Below, in pieces: positions 39,801 through 53,037 of a stretch of DNA of 64,000 bases (its first letter is position 1; the number at the start of each line of letters is the position of its first letter). Both the position numbers and the translations under genes were made by a program. The stretch is from Auanema rhodensis. Lineage: Eukaryota; Animalia; Nematoda. The stretch covers positions 62,001 through 126,000 of the forward strand of contig CAXKVF010000073.1 of NCBI GenBank assembly GCA_964057225.1, given 5' to 3'. Under the pieces are notes generated by a model. It saw only the letters and a list, made by a program, of their open reading frames with translations, did no database searches and was not told where the DNA came from.

Positions 39801-42800
39801 GTGCACATCACGTGTACATTTAATTAGCATAAATTAAAGTTCACGTAAATTTCAAAGTCATGGTTACCATGAAGCAATATCAATAAAAATTTGTTTTTAG
39901 ACTAATATGGACATGGGGAATCTAATTTTGAAAACCGCATCTCTTTATCTTTCACGTGAAGCGAGTTAATAACCAAGTGCACATCACGTGTACATTTAAT
40001 TAGCATAAATTAAAGTTCACGTAAATTTCAAAGTCATGGTTACCATGAAGCAATATCAATAAAAATTTGTTTTTAGACTAATATGGACATGAGGAATCTA
40101 ATTTTGAAAACCGCATCTCTTTATCTTTCACGTGAAGCGAGTTACATACCAAGTGCACATCACGTGTACATTTAATTAGCATAAATTAAAGTTCACGTAA
40201 ATTTCAAAGTCATGGTTACCATGAACCAATATCAATAAAAATTTGTTTTTAGAATAATATGGACATGGGGAATCTAATTTTGAAAACCGCATCTCTTTAT
40301 CTTTCACGTGAAGCGAGTTACATACCAAGTGCACATCACGTGTACATTTAATTAGCATAAATTAAAGTTCACGTAAAATTCAAAGTCATGGTTACCATGC
40401 ACCAATATCAATAAAAACTTGTTTTTAGACTAATATGGACATGGGGAATCTAATTTTGAAAACCGCATCTCTTTATCTTTCACGTGAAGCGAGTTAATAA
40501 CCAAGTGCACATCACGTGTACATTTAATTAGCATAAATTAAAGTTCACGTAAATTTCAAAGTCATGGTTACCATGAAGCAATATCAATAAAAATTTGTTT
40601 TTAGACTAATATGGACATGGGGAATCTAATTTTGAAAACCGCATCTCTTTATCTTTCACGTGAAGCGAGTTACATACCAAGTGCACATCACGTGTACATT
40701 TAATTAGCATAAATTAAAGTTCACGTAAATTTCAAAGTCATGGTTACCATGCACCAATATCAATAAAAATTTGTTTTTAGACTAATATGGACATGGGGAA
40801 TCTAATTTTGAAAACCGCATCTCTTTATCTTTCACGTGAAGCGAGTTACATACCAAGTGCACATCACGTGTACATTCAATTAGCATAAATTAAAGTTCAC
40901 GTAAATTTCAAAGTCATGGTTACCATGCACCAATATCAATAAAAATTTGTTTTTAGACTAATATGGACATGGGGAATCTAATTTTGAAAACCGCATCTCT
41001 TTATCTTTCACGTGAAGCGAGTTAATAACCAAGTGCACATCACGTGTACATTTAATTAGCATAAATTAAAGTTCACGTAAATTTCAAAGTCATGGTTACC
41101 ATGAAGCAATATCAATAAAAATTTGTTTTTAGACTAATATGGACATGGGGAATCTAATTTTGAAAACCGCATCTCTTTATCTTTCACGTGAAGCGAGTTA
41201 ATAACCAAGTGCACATCACGTGTACATTTAATTAGCATAAATTAAAGTTCACGTAAATTTCAAAGTCATGGTTACCATGAAGCAATATCAATAAAAATTT
41301 GTTTTTAGACTAATATGGACATGAGGAATCTAATTTTGAAAACCGCATCTCTTTATCTTTCACGTGAAGCGAGTTACATACCAAGTGCACATCACGTGTA
41401 CATTTAATTAGCATAAATTAAAGTTCACGTAAATTTCAAAGTCATGGTTACCATGAACCAATATCAATAAAAATTTGTTTTTAGAATAATATGGACATGG
41501 GGAATCTAATTTTGAAAACCGCATCTCTTTATCTTTCACGTGAAGCGAGTTACATACCAAGTGCACATCACGTGTACATTTAATTAGCATAAATTAAAGT
41601 TCACGTAAAATTCAAAGTCATGGTTACCATGCACCAATATCAATAAAAACTTGTTTTTAGACTAATATGGACATGGGGAATCTAATTTTGAAAACCGCAT
41701 CTCTTTATCTTTCACGTGAAGCGAGTTAATAACCAAGTGCACATCACGTGTACATTTAATTAGCATAAATTAAAGTTCACGTAAATTTCAAAGTCATGGT
41801 TACCATGAAGCAATATCAATAAAAATTTGTTTTTAGACTAATATGGACATGGGGAATCTAATTTTGAAAACCGCATCTCTTTATCTTTCACGTGAAGCGA
41901 GTTACATACCAAGTGCACATCACGTGTACATTTAATTAGCATAAATTAAAGTTCACGTAAATTTCAAAGTCATGGTTACCATGAAGCAATATCAATAAAA
42001 ATTTGTTTTTAGACTAATATGGACATGGGGAATCTAATTTTGAAAACCGCATCTCTTTATCTTTCACGTGAAGCGAGTTACATACCAAGTGCACATCACG
42101 TGTACATTTAATTAGCATAAATTAAAGTTCACGTAAATTTCAAAGTCATGGTTACCATGAACCAATATCAATAAAAATTTGTTTTTAGACTAATATGGAC
42201 ATGGGGAATCTAATTTTGAAAACCGCATCTCTTTATCTTTCACGTGAAGCGAGTTACATACCAAGTGCACATCACGTGTACATTTAATTAGCATAAATTA
42301 AAGTTCACGTAAATTTCAAAGTCATGGTTACCATGCACCAATATCAATAAAAATTTGTTTTTAGACTAATATGGACATGGGGAATCTAATTTTGAAAACC
42401 GCATCTCTTTATCTTTCACGTGAAGCGAGTTACATACCAAGTGCACATCACGTGTACATTTAATTAGCATAAATTAAAGTTCACGTAAATTTCAAAGTCA
42501 TGGTTACCATGAACCAATATCAATAAAAATTTGTTTTTAGACTAATATGGACATGGGGAATCTAATTTTGAAAACTGCATCTCTTTATCTTTCACGTGAA
42601 GCGAGTTACATACCAAGTGCACATCACGTGTACATTTAATTAGCATAAATTAAAGTTCACGTAAATTTCAAAGTCATGGTTACCATGAAGCAATATCAAT
42701 AAAAATTTGTTTTTAGACTAATATGGACATGGGGAATCTAATTTTGAAAACCGCATCTCTTTATCTTTCACGTGAAGCGAGTTACATACCAAGTGCACAT

Positions 42801-44237
42801 CACGTGTACATTTAATTAGCATAAATTAAAGTTCACGTAAATTTCAAAGTCATGGTTACCATGAAGCAATATCAATAAAAATTTGTTTTTAGACTAATAT
42901 GGACATGGGGAATCTAATTTTAAAACCGCATCTCTTTATCTTTCACGTGAAGCGAGTTACATACCAAGTGCACATCACGTGTACATTTAATTAGCATAAA
43001 TTAAAGTTCACGTAAATTTCAAAGTCATGGTTACCATGCACCAATATCAATAAAAATTTGTTTTTAGACTAATATGGACATGAAGAATCTAATTTTGAAA
43101 ACCGCATCTCTTTATCTTTCACGTGAAGCGAGTTACATACCAAGTGCACATCACGTGTACATTTAATTAGCATAAATTAAAGTTCACGTAAATTTCAAAG
43201 TCATGGTTACCATGCACCAATATCAATAAAAATTTGTTTTTAGACTAATATGGACATGGGGAATCTAATTTTGAAAACCGCATCTCTTTATCTTTCACGT
43301 GAAGCGAGTTACATACCAAGTGCACATCACGTGTACATTCAATTAGCATAAATTAAAGTTCACGTAAATTTCAAAGTCATGGTTACCATGCACCAATATC
43401 AATAAAAATTTGTTTTTAGACTAATATGGACATGGGGAATCTAATTTTGAAAACCGCATCTCTTTATCTTTCACGTGAAGCGAGTTAATAACCAAGTGCA
43501 CATCACGTGTACATTTAATTAGCATAAATTAAAGTTCACGTAAATTTCAAAGTCATGGTTACCATGAAGCAATATCAATAAAAATTTGTTTTTAGACTAA
43601 TATGGACATGGGGAATCTAATTTTGAAAACCGCATCTCTTTATCTTTCACGTGAAGCGAGTTAATAACCAAGTGCACATCACGTGTACATTTAATTAGCA
43701 TAAATTAAAGTTCACGTAAATTTCAAAGTCATGGTTACCATGAAGCAATATCAATAAAAATTTGTTTTTAGACTAATATGGACATGGGGAATCTAATTTT
43801 GAAAACCGCATCTCTTTATCTTTCACGTGAAGCGAGTTACATACCAAGTGCACATCACGTGTACATTTAATTAGCATAAATTAAAGTTCACGTAAATTTC
43901 AAAGTCATGGTTACCATGCACCAATATCAATAAAAATTTGTTTTTAGACTAATATGGACATGGGGAATCTAATTTTGAAAACCGCATCTCTTTATCTTTC
44001 ACGTGAAGCGAGTTAATAACCAAGTGCACATCACGTGTACATTTAATTAGCATAAATTAAAGTTCACGTAAATTTCAAAGTCATGGTTACCATGCACCAA
44101 TATCAATAAAAATTTGTTTTTAGACTAATATGGACATGGGGAATCTAATTTTGAAAACCGCATCTCTTTATCTTTCACGTGAAGCGAGTTAATAACCAAG
44201 TGCACATCACGTGTACATTTAATTAGCATAAATTAAA
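36847..44237 (+). repeat. Domain of nested block duplications (4-mer and 7-mer duplications within repeats of a ~10-monomer cassette)
   Basis: The cassette starting ATGAAGAATC/TTCAAT/GTTAATAACC x2 begins at 36847, 39311 and 43006. Internal 704-bp duplication at 37727-39134. Internal 1232-bp duplication at 39487-41950. Confidence 0.88.
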
Positions 44238-47200
44238 GTTCACGTAAATTTCAAAGTCATGGTTACCATGAAGCAATATCAATAAAAATTTGTTTTTAGA
44301 CTAATATGGACATGGGGAATCTAATTTTGAAAACCGCATCTCTTTATCTTTCACGTGAAGCGAGTTACATACCAAGTGCACATCACGTGTACATTTAATT
44401 AGCATAAATTAAAGTTCACGTAAACTTCAAAGTCATGGTTACCATGAAGCAATATCAATAAAAATTTGTTTTTAGACTAAGATGGACATGGGGAATCTAA
44501 TTTTGAAAACCGCATCTCTTTATCTTTCACGTGAAGCGAGTTACATACCAAGTGCACATCACGTGTACATTTAATTAGCATAAATTAAAGTTCACGTAAA
44601 TTTCAAAGTCATGGTTACCATGAACCAATATCAATAAAAATTTGTTTTTAGACTAATATGGACATGGGGAATCTAATTTTGAAAACCGCATCTCTTTATC
44701 TTTCACGTGAAGCGAGTTACATACCAAGTGCACATCACGTGTACATTTAATTAGCATAAATTAAAGTTCACGTAAATTTCAAAGTCATGGTTACCATGAA
44801 CCAATATCAATAAAAATTTGTTTTTAGACTAATATGGACATGGGGAATCTAATTTTGAAAACCGCATCTCTTTATCTTTCACGTGAAGCGAGTTACATAC
44901 CAAGTGCACATCACGTGTACATTTAATTAGCATAAATTAAAGTTCACGTAAACTTCAAAGTCATGGTTACCATGAAGCAATATCAATAAAAATTTGTTTT
45001 TAGACTAAGATGGACATGGGGAATCTAATTTTGAAAACCGCATCTCTTTATCTTTCACGTGAAGCGAGTTACATACCAAGTGCACATCACGTGTACATTT
45101 AATTAGCATAAATTAAAGTTCACGTAAATTTCAAAGTCATGGTTACCATGAACCAATATCAATAAAAATTTGTTTTTAGACTAATATGGACATGGGGAAT
45201 CTAATTTTGAAAACCGCATCTTTTTATCTTTCACGTGAAGCGAGTTACATACCAAGTGCACATCACGTGTACATTTAATTAGCATAAATTAAAGTTCACG
45301 TAAATTTCAAAGTCATGGTTACCATGAACCAATATCAATAAAAATTTGTTTTTAGACTAATATGGACATGGGAAATCTAATTTTGAAAACCGCATCTCTT
45401 TATCTTTCACGTGAAGCGAGTTACATACCAAGTGCACATCACGTGTACATTTAATTAGCATAAATTAAAGTTCACGTAAATTTCAAAGTCATGGTTACCA
45501 TGAAGCAATATCAATAAAAATTTGTTTTTAGACTAATATGGACATGGGGAATCTAATTTTGAAAACCGCATCTCTTTATCTTTCACGTGAAGCGAGTTAC
45601 ATACCAAGTGCACATCACGTGTACATTTAATTAGCATAAATTAAAGTTCACGTAAATTTCAAAGTCATGGTTACCATGAAGCAATATCAATAAAAATTTG
45701 TTTTTAGACTAATATGGACATGGGGAATCTAATTTTGAAAACCGCATCTCTTTATCTTTCACGTGAAGCGAGTTACATACCAAGTGCACATCACGTGTAC
45801 ATTTAATTAGCATAAATTAAAGTTCACGTAAATTTCAAAGTCATGGTTACCATGCACCAATATCAATAAAAATTTGTTTTTAGACTAATATGGACATGGG
45901 GAATCTAATTTTGAAAACCGCATCTCTTTATCTTTCACGTGAAGCGAGTTACATACCAAGTGCACATCACGTGTACATTTAATTAGCATAAATTAAAGTT
46001 CACGTAAATTTCAAAGTCATGGTTACCATGAACCAATATCAATAAAAATTTGTTTTTAGACTAATATGGACATGGGGAATCTAATTTTGAAAACCGCATC
46101 TCTTTATCTTTCACGTGAAGCGAGTTACATACCAAGTGCACATCACGTGTACATTTAATTAGCATAAATTAAAGTTCACGTAAATTTCAAAGTCATGGTT
46201 ACCATGAAGCAATATCAATAAAAATTTGTTTTTAGACTAATATGGACATGGGGAATCTAATTTTGAAAACCGCATCTCTTTATCTTTCACGTGAAGCGAG
46301 TTACATACCAAGTGCACATCACGTGTACATTTAATTAGCATAAATTAAAGTTCACGTAAATTTCAAAGTCATGGTTACCATGAACCAATATCAATAAAAA
46401 TTTGTTTTTAGAATAATATGGACATGGGGAATCTAATTTTGAAAACCGCATCTCTTTATCTTTCACGTGAAGCGAGTTACATACCAAGTGCACATCACGT
46501 GTACATTTAATTAGCATAAATTAAAGTTCACGTAAATTTCAAAGTCATGGTTACCATGAAGCAATATCAATAAAAATTTGTTTTTAGACTAATATGGACA
46601 TGGGGAATCTAATTTTGAAAACCGCATCTCTTTATCTTTCACGTGAAGCGAGTTACATACCAAGTGCACATCACGTGTACATTTAATTAGCATAAATTAA
46701 AGTTCACGTAAATTTCAAAGTCATGGTTACCATGAAGCAATATCAATAAAAATTTGTTTTTAGACTAATATGGACATGGGGAATCTAATTTTGAAAACCG
46801 CATCTCTTTATCTTTCACGTGAAGCGAGTTACATACCAAGTGCACATCACGTGTACATTTAATTAGCATAAATTAAAGTTCACGTAAATTTCAAAGTCAT
46901 GGTTACCATGAACCAATATCAATAAAAATTTGTTTTTAGACTAATATGGACATGGGGAATCTAATTTTGAAAACCGCATCTCTTTATCTTTCACGTGAAG
47001 CGAGTCACATACAAAGTGCACATCACGTGTACATTTAATTAGCATAAATTAAAGTTCACGTAAATTTCAAAGTCATGGTTACCATGCACCAATATCAATA
47101 AAAATTTGTTTTTAGACTAATATGGACATGGGGAATCTAATTTTGAAAACCGCATCTCTTTATCTTTCACGTGAAGCGAGTTACATACCAAGTGCACATC

Positions 47201-47581
47201 ACGTGTACATTTAATTAGCATAAATTAAAGTTCACGTAAATTTCAAAGTCATGGTTACCATGAACCAATATCAATAAAAATTTGTTTTTAGACTAATATG
47301 GACATGGGGAATCTAATTTTGAAAACTGCATCTCTTTATCTTTCACGTGAAGCGAGTTACATACCAAGTGCACATCACGTGTACATTTAATTAGCATAAA
47401 TTAAAGTTCACGTAAATTTCAAAGTCATGGTTACCATGAAGCAATATCAATAAAAATTTGTTTTTAGACTAATATGGACATGGGGAATCTAATTTTGAAA
47501 ACCGCATCTCTTTATCTTTCACGTGAAGCGAGTTACATACCAAGTGCACATCACGTGTACATTTAATTAGCATAAATTAAA

Positions 47582-48989
47582 GTTCACGTAAATTTCAAAG
47601 TCATGGTTACCATGAAGCAATATCAATAAAAATTTGTTTTTAGACTAATATGGACATGGGGAATCTAATTTTGAAAACCGCATCTCTTTATCTTTCACGT
47701 GAAGCGAGTTACATACCAAGTGCACATCACGTGTACATTTAATTAGCATAAATTAAAGTTCACGTAAATTTCAAAGTCATGGTTACCATGAAGCAATATC
47801 AATAAAAATTTGTTTTTAGACTAATATGGACATGGGGAATCTAGTTTTGAAAACCGCATCTCTTTATCTTTCACGTGAAGCGAGTTACATACCAAGTGCA
47901 CATCACGTGTACATTTAATTAGCATAAATTAAAGTTCACGTAAATTTCAAAGTCATGGTTACCATGCACAAATATCAATAAAAATTTGTTTTTAGACTAA
48001 TATGGACATGGGGAATCTAATTTTGAAAACCGCATCTCTTTATCTTTCACGTGAAGCGAGTTACATACCAAGTGCACATCACGTGTACATTTAATTAGCA
48101 TAAATTAAAGTTCACGTAAATTTCAAAGTCATGGTTACCATGAAGCAATATCAATAAAAATTTGTTTTTAGACTAATATGGACATGGGGAATCTAATTTT
48201 GAAAACCGCATCTCTTTATCTTTCACGTGAAGCGAGTTACATACCTAGTGCACATCACGTGTACATTTAATTAGCATAAATTAAAGTTCACGTAAATTTC
48301 AAAGTCATGGTTACCATGAAGCAATATCAATAAAAATTTGTTTTTAGACTAATATGGACATGGGGAATCTAATTTTGAAAACCGCATCTCTTTATCTTTC
48401 ACGTGAAGCGAGTTACATACCAAGTGCACATCACGTGTACATTTAATTAGCATAAATTAAAGTTCACGTAAATTTCAAAGTCATGGTTACCATGAAGCAA
48501 TATCAATAAAAATTTGTTTTTAGACTAATATGGACATGGGGAATCTAGTTTTGAAAACCGCATCTCTTTATCTTTCACGTGAAGCGAGTTACATACCAAG
48601 TGCACATCACGTGTACATTTAATTAGCATAAATTAAAGTTCACGTAAATTTCAAAGTCATGGTTACCATGCACAAATATCAATAAAAATTTGTTTTTAGA
48701 CTAATATGGACATGGGGAATCTAATTTTGAAAACCGCATCTCTTTATCTTTCACGTGAAGCGAGTTACATACCAAGTGCACATCACGTGTACATTTAATT
48801 AGCATAAATTAAAGTTCACGTAAATTTCAAAGTCATGGTTACCATGAAGCAATATCAATAAAAATTTGTTTTTAGACTAATATGGACATGGGGAATCTAA
48901 TTTTGAAAACCGCATCTCTTTATCTTTCACGTGAAGCGAGTTACATACCTAGTGCACATCACGTGTACATTTAATTAGCATAAATTAAA
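47582..48989 (+). repeat. 4-monomer (704 bp) tandem block duplication
   Basis: CTAGTTT (units 47758/48462), GCACAAAT (47934/48638) and ACCTAG (48110/48814). Confidence 0.9.
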
Positions 48990-51981
48990 GTTCACGTAAA
49001 TTTCAAAGTCATGGTTACCATGAAGCAATATCAATAAAAATTTGTTTTTAGACTAATAAGGACATGGGGAATCTAATTTTGAAAACCGCATCTCTTTATC
49101 TTTCACGTGAAGCGAGTTACATACCAAGTGCACATCACGTGTACATTTAATTAGCATAAATTAAAGTTCACGTAAATTTCAAAGTCATGGTTACCATGCA
49201 CCAATATCAATAAAAATTTGTTTTTAGACTAATATGGACATGAAGAATCTAATTTTGAAAACCGCATCTCTTTATCTTTCACGTGAAGCGAGTTACATAC
49301 CAAGTGCACATCACGTGTACATTTAATTAGCATAAATTAAAGTTCACGTAAATTTCAAAGTCATGGTTACCATGAACCAATATCAATAAAAATTTGTTTT
49401 TAGACTAATATGGACATGGGGAATCTAAATTTGAAAACCGCATCTCTTTATCTTTCACGTGAAGCGAGTTACATACCAAGTGCACATCACGTGTACATTT
49501 AATTAGCATAAATTAAAGTTCACGTAAATTTCAAAGTCATGGTTACCATGAACCAATATCAATAAAAATTTGTTTTTAGACTAATATGGACATGGGGAAT
49601 CTAATTTTGAAAACCGCATCTCTTCATCTTTCACGTGAAGCGAGTTACATACCAAGTGCACATCACGTGTACATTTAATTAGCATAAATTAAAGTTCACG
49701 TAAATTTCAAAGTCATGGTTACCATGAACCAATATCAATAAAAATTTGTTTTTAGACTAATATGGACATGGGGAATCTAATTTTGAAAACCGCATCTCTT
49801 TATCTTTCACGTGAAGCGAGTTACATACCAAGTGCACATCACGTGTACATTTAATTAGCATAAATTAAAGTTCACGTAAATTTCAAAGTCATGGTTACCA
49901 TGAACCAATATCAATAAAAATTTGTTTTTAGACTAATATGGACATGGGGAATCTAATTTTGAAAACCGCATCTCTTTATCTTTCACGTGAAGCGAGTTAC
50001 ATACCAAGTGCACATCACGTGTACATTTAATTAGCATAAATTAAAGTTCACGTAAACTTCAAAGTCATGGTTACCATGAAGCAATATCAATAAAAATTTG
50101 TTTTTAGACTAATATGGACATGGGGAATCTAATTTTGAAAACCGCATCTCTTTATCTTTCACGTGAAGCGAGTTACATACCAAGTGCACATCACGTGTAC
50201 ATTTAATTAGCATAAATTAAAGTTCACGTAAATTTCAAAGTCATGGTTACCATGAACCAATATCAATAAAAATTTGTTTTTAGACTAATATGGACATGGG
50301 GAATCTGATTTTGAAAACCGCATCTCTTTATCTTTCACGTGAAGCGAGTTACATACCAAGTGCACATCACGTGTACATTTAATTAGCATAAATTAAAGTT
50401 CACGTAAATTTCAAAGTCATGGTTACCATGCACCAATATCAATAAAAATTTGTTTTTAGACTAATATGGACATGGGGAATCTAATTTTGAAAACCGCATC
50501 TCTTTATCTTTCACGTGAAGCGAGTTACATACCAAGTGCACATCACGTGTACATTTAATTAGCATAAATTAAAGTTCACGTAAATTTCAAAGTCATGGTT
50601 ACCATGAACCAATATCAATAAAAATTTGTTTTTAGACTAATATGGACATGGGGAATCTAATTTTGAAAACCGCATCTCTTTATCTTTCACGTGAAGCGAG
50701 TTACATACCAAGTGCACATCACGTGTACATTTAATTAGCATAAATTAAAGTTCACGTAAATTTCAAAGTCATGGTTACCATAAACCAATATCAATAAAAA
50801 TTTGTTTTTAGACTAATATGGACATGGGGAATCTAATTTTGAAAACCGCATCTCTTTATCTTTCACGTGAAGCGAGTTACATACCAAGTGCACATCACGT
50901 GTACATTTAATTAGCATAAATTAAAGTTCACGTAAACTTCAAAGTCATGGTTACCATGAACCAATATCAATAGAAATTTGTTTTTAGACTAATATGGACA
51001 TGGGGAATCTAATTTTGAAAACCGCATCTCTTCATCTTTCACGTGAAGCGAGTTACATACCAAGTGCACATCACGTGTACATTTAATTAGCATAAATTAA
51101 AGTTCACGTAAATTTCAAAGTCATGGTTACCATGAACCAATATCAATAAAAATTTGTTTTTAGACTAATATGGACATGGGGAATCTAATTTTGAAAACCG
51201 CATCTCTTTATCTTTCACGTGAAGCGAGTTACATACCAAGTGCACATCACGTGTACATTTAATTAGCATAAATTAAAGTTCACGTAAATTTCAAAGTCAT
51301 GGTTACCATGAAGCAATATCAATAAAAATTTGTTTTTAGACTAATATGGACATGGGGAATCTAATTTTGAAAACCGCATCTCTTTATCTTTCACGTGAAG
51401 CGAGTTACATACCAAGTGCACATCACGTGTACATTTAATTAGCATAAATTAAAGTTCACGTAAATTTCAAAGTCATGGTTACCATGAACCAATATCAATA
51501 AAAATTTGTTTTTAGACTAATATGGACATGGGGAATCTGATTTTGAAAACCGCATCTCTTTATCTTTCACGTGAAGCGAGTTACATACCAAGTGCACATC
51601 ACGTGTACATTTAATTAGCATAAATTAAAGTTCACGTAAATTTCAAAGTCATGGTTACCATGCACCAATATCAATAAAAATTTGTTTTTAGACTAATATG
51701 GACATGGGGAATCTAATTTTGAAAACCGCATCTCTTTATCTTTCACGTGAAGCGAGTTACATACCAAGTGCACATCACGTGTACATTTAATTAGCATAAA
51801 TTAAAGTTCACGTAAATTTCAAAGTCATGGTTACCATGAACCAATATCAATAAAAATTTGTTTTTAGACTAATATGGACATGGGGAATCTAATTTTGAAA
51901 ACTGCATCTCTTTATCTTTCACGTGAAGCGAGTTACATACCAAGTGCACATCACGTGTACATTTAATTAGCATAAATTAAA

Positions 51982-53037
51982 GTTCACGTAAATTTCAAAG
52001 TCATGGTTACCATGAACCAATATCAATAAAAATTTGTTTTTAGACTAATATGGACATGGGGAATCTAATTTTGAAAACCGCATCTCTTCATCTTTCACGT
52101 GAAGCGAGTTACATACCAAGTGCACATCACGTGTACATTTAATTAGCATAAATTAAAGTTCACGTAAATTTCAAAGTCATGGTTACCATGAACCAATATC
52201 AATAAAAATTTGTTTTTAGACTAATATGGACATGGGGAATCTAATTTTGAAAACCGCATCTCTTTATCTTTCACGTGAAGCGAGTTACATACCAAGTGCA
52301 CATCACGTGTACATTTAATTAGCATAAATTAAAGTTCACGTAAACTTCAAAGTCATGGTTACCATGAAGCAATATCAATAAAAATTTGTTTTTAGACTAA
52401 TATGGACATGGGGAATCTAATTTTGAAAACTGCATCTCTTTATCTTTCACGTGAAGCGAGTTACATACCAAGTGCACATCACGTGTACATTTAATTAGCA
52501 TAAATTAAAGTTCACGTAAATTTCAAAGTCATGGTTACCATGAACCAATATCAATAAAAATTTGTTTTTAGACTAATATGGACATGGGGAATCTAATTTT
52601 GAAAACCGCATCTCTTCATCTTTCACGTGAAGCGAGTTACATACCAAGTGCACATCACGTGTACATTTAATTAGCATAAATTAAAGTTCACGTAAATTTC
52701 AAAGTCATGGTTACCATGAACCAATATCAATAAAAATTTGTTTTTAGACTAATATGGACATGGGGAATCTAATTTTGAAAACCGCATCTCTTTATCTTTC
52801 ACGTGAAGCGAGTTACATACCAAGTGCACATCACGTGTACATTTAATTAGCATAAATTAAAGTTCACGTAAACTTCAAAGTCATGGTTACCATGAAGCAA
52901 TATCAATAAAAATTTGTTTTTAGACTAATATGGACATGGGGAATCTAATTTTGAAAACTGCATCTCTTTATCTTTCACGTGAAGCGAGTTACATACCAAG
53001 TGCACATCACGTGTACATTTAATTAGCATAAATTAAA
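51982..53037 (+). repeat. 3-monomer (528 bp) tandem block duplication
   Basis: CTTCATC (units 51982/52510) and AAACTTC+G-type+ACTGC (52334/52862). Confidence 0.85.

Noticed and set aside
37712-46517. Five identical 60-aa minus-strand ORFs (MLIKCTRDVH...)
   Set aside because: They appear only in units with C64A (AGACTAAT to AGAATAAT), which turns a minus-strand TAG into TAT. Each spans one monomer, the copies track the block duplications, and I see no recognisable domain or gene context.
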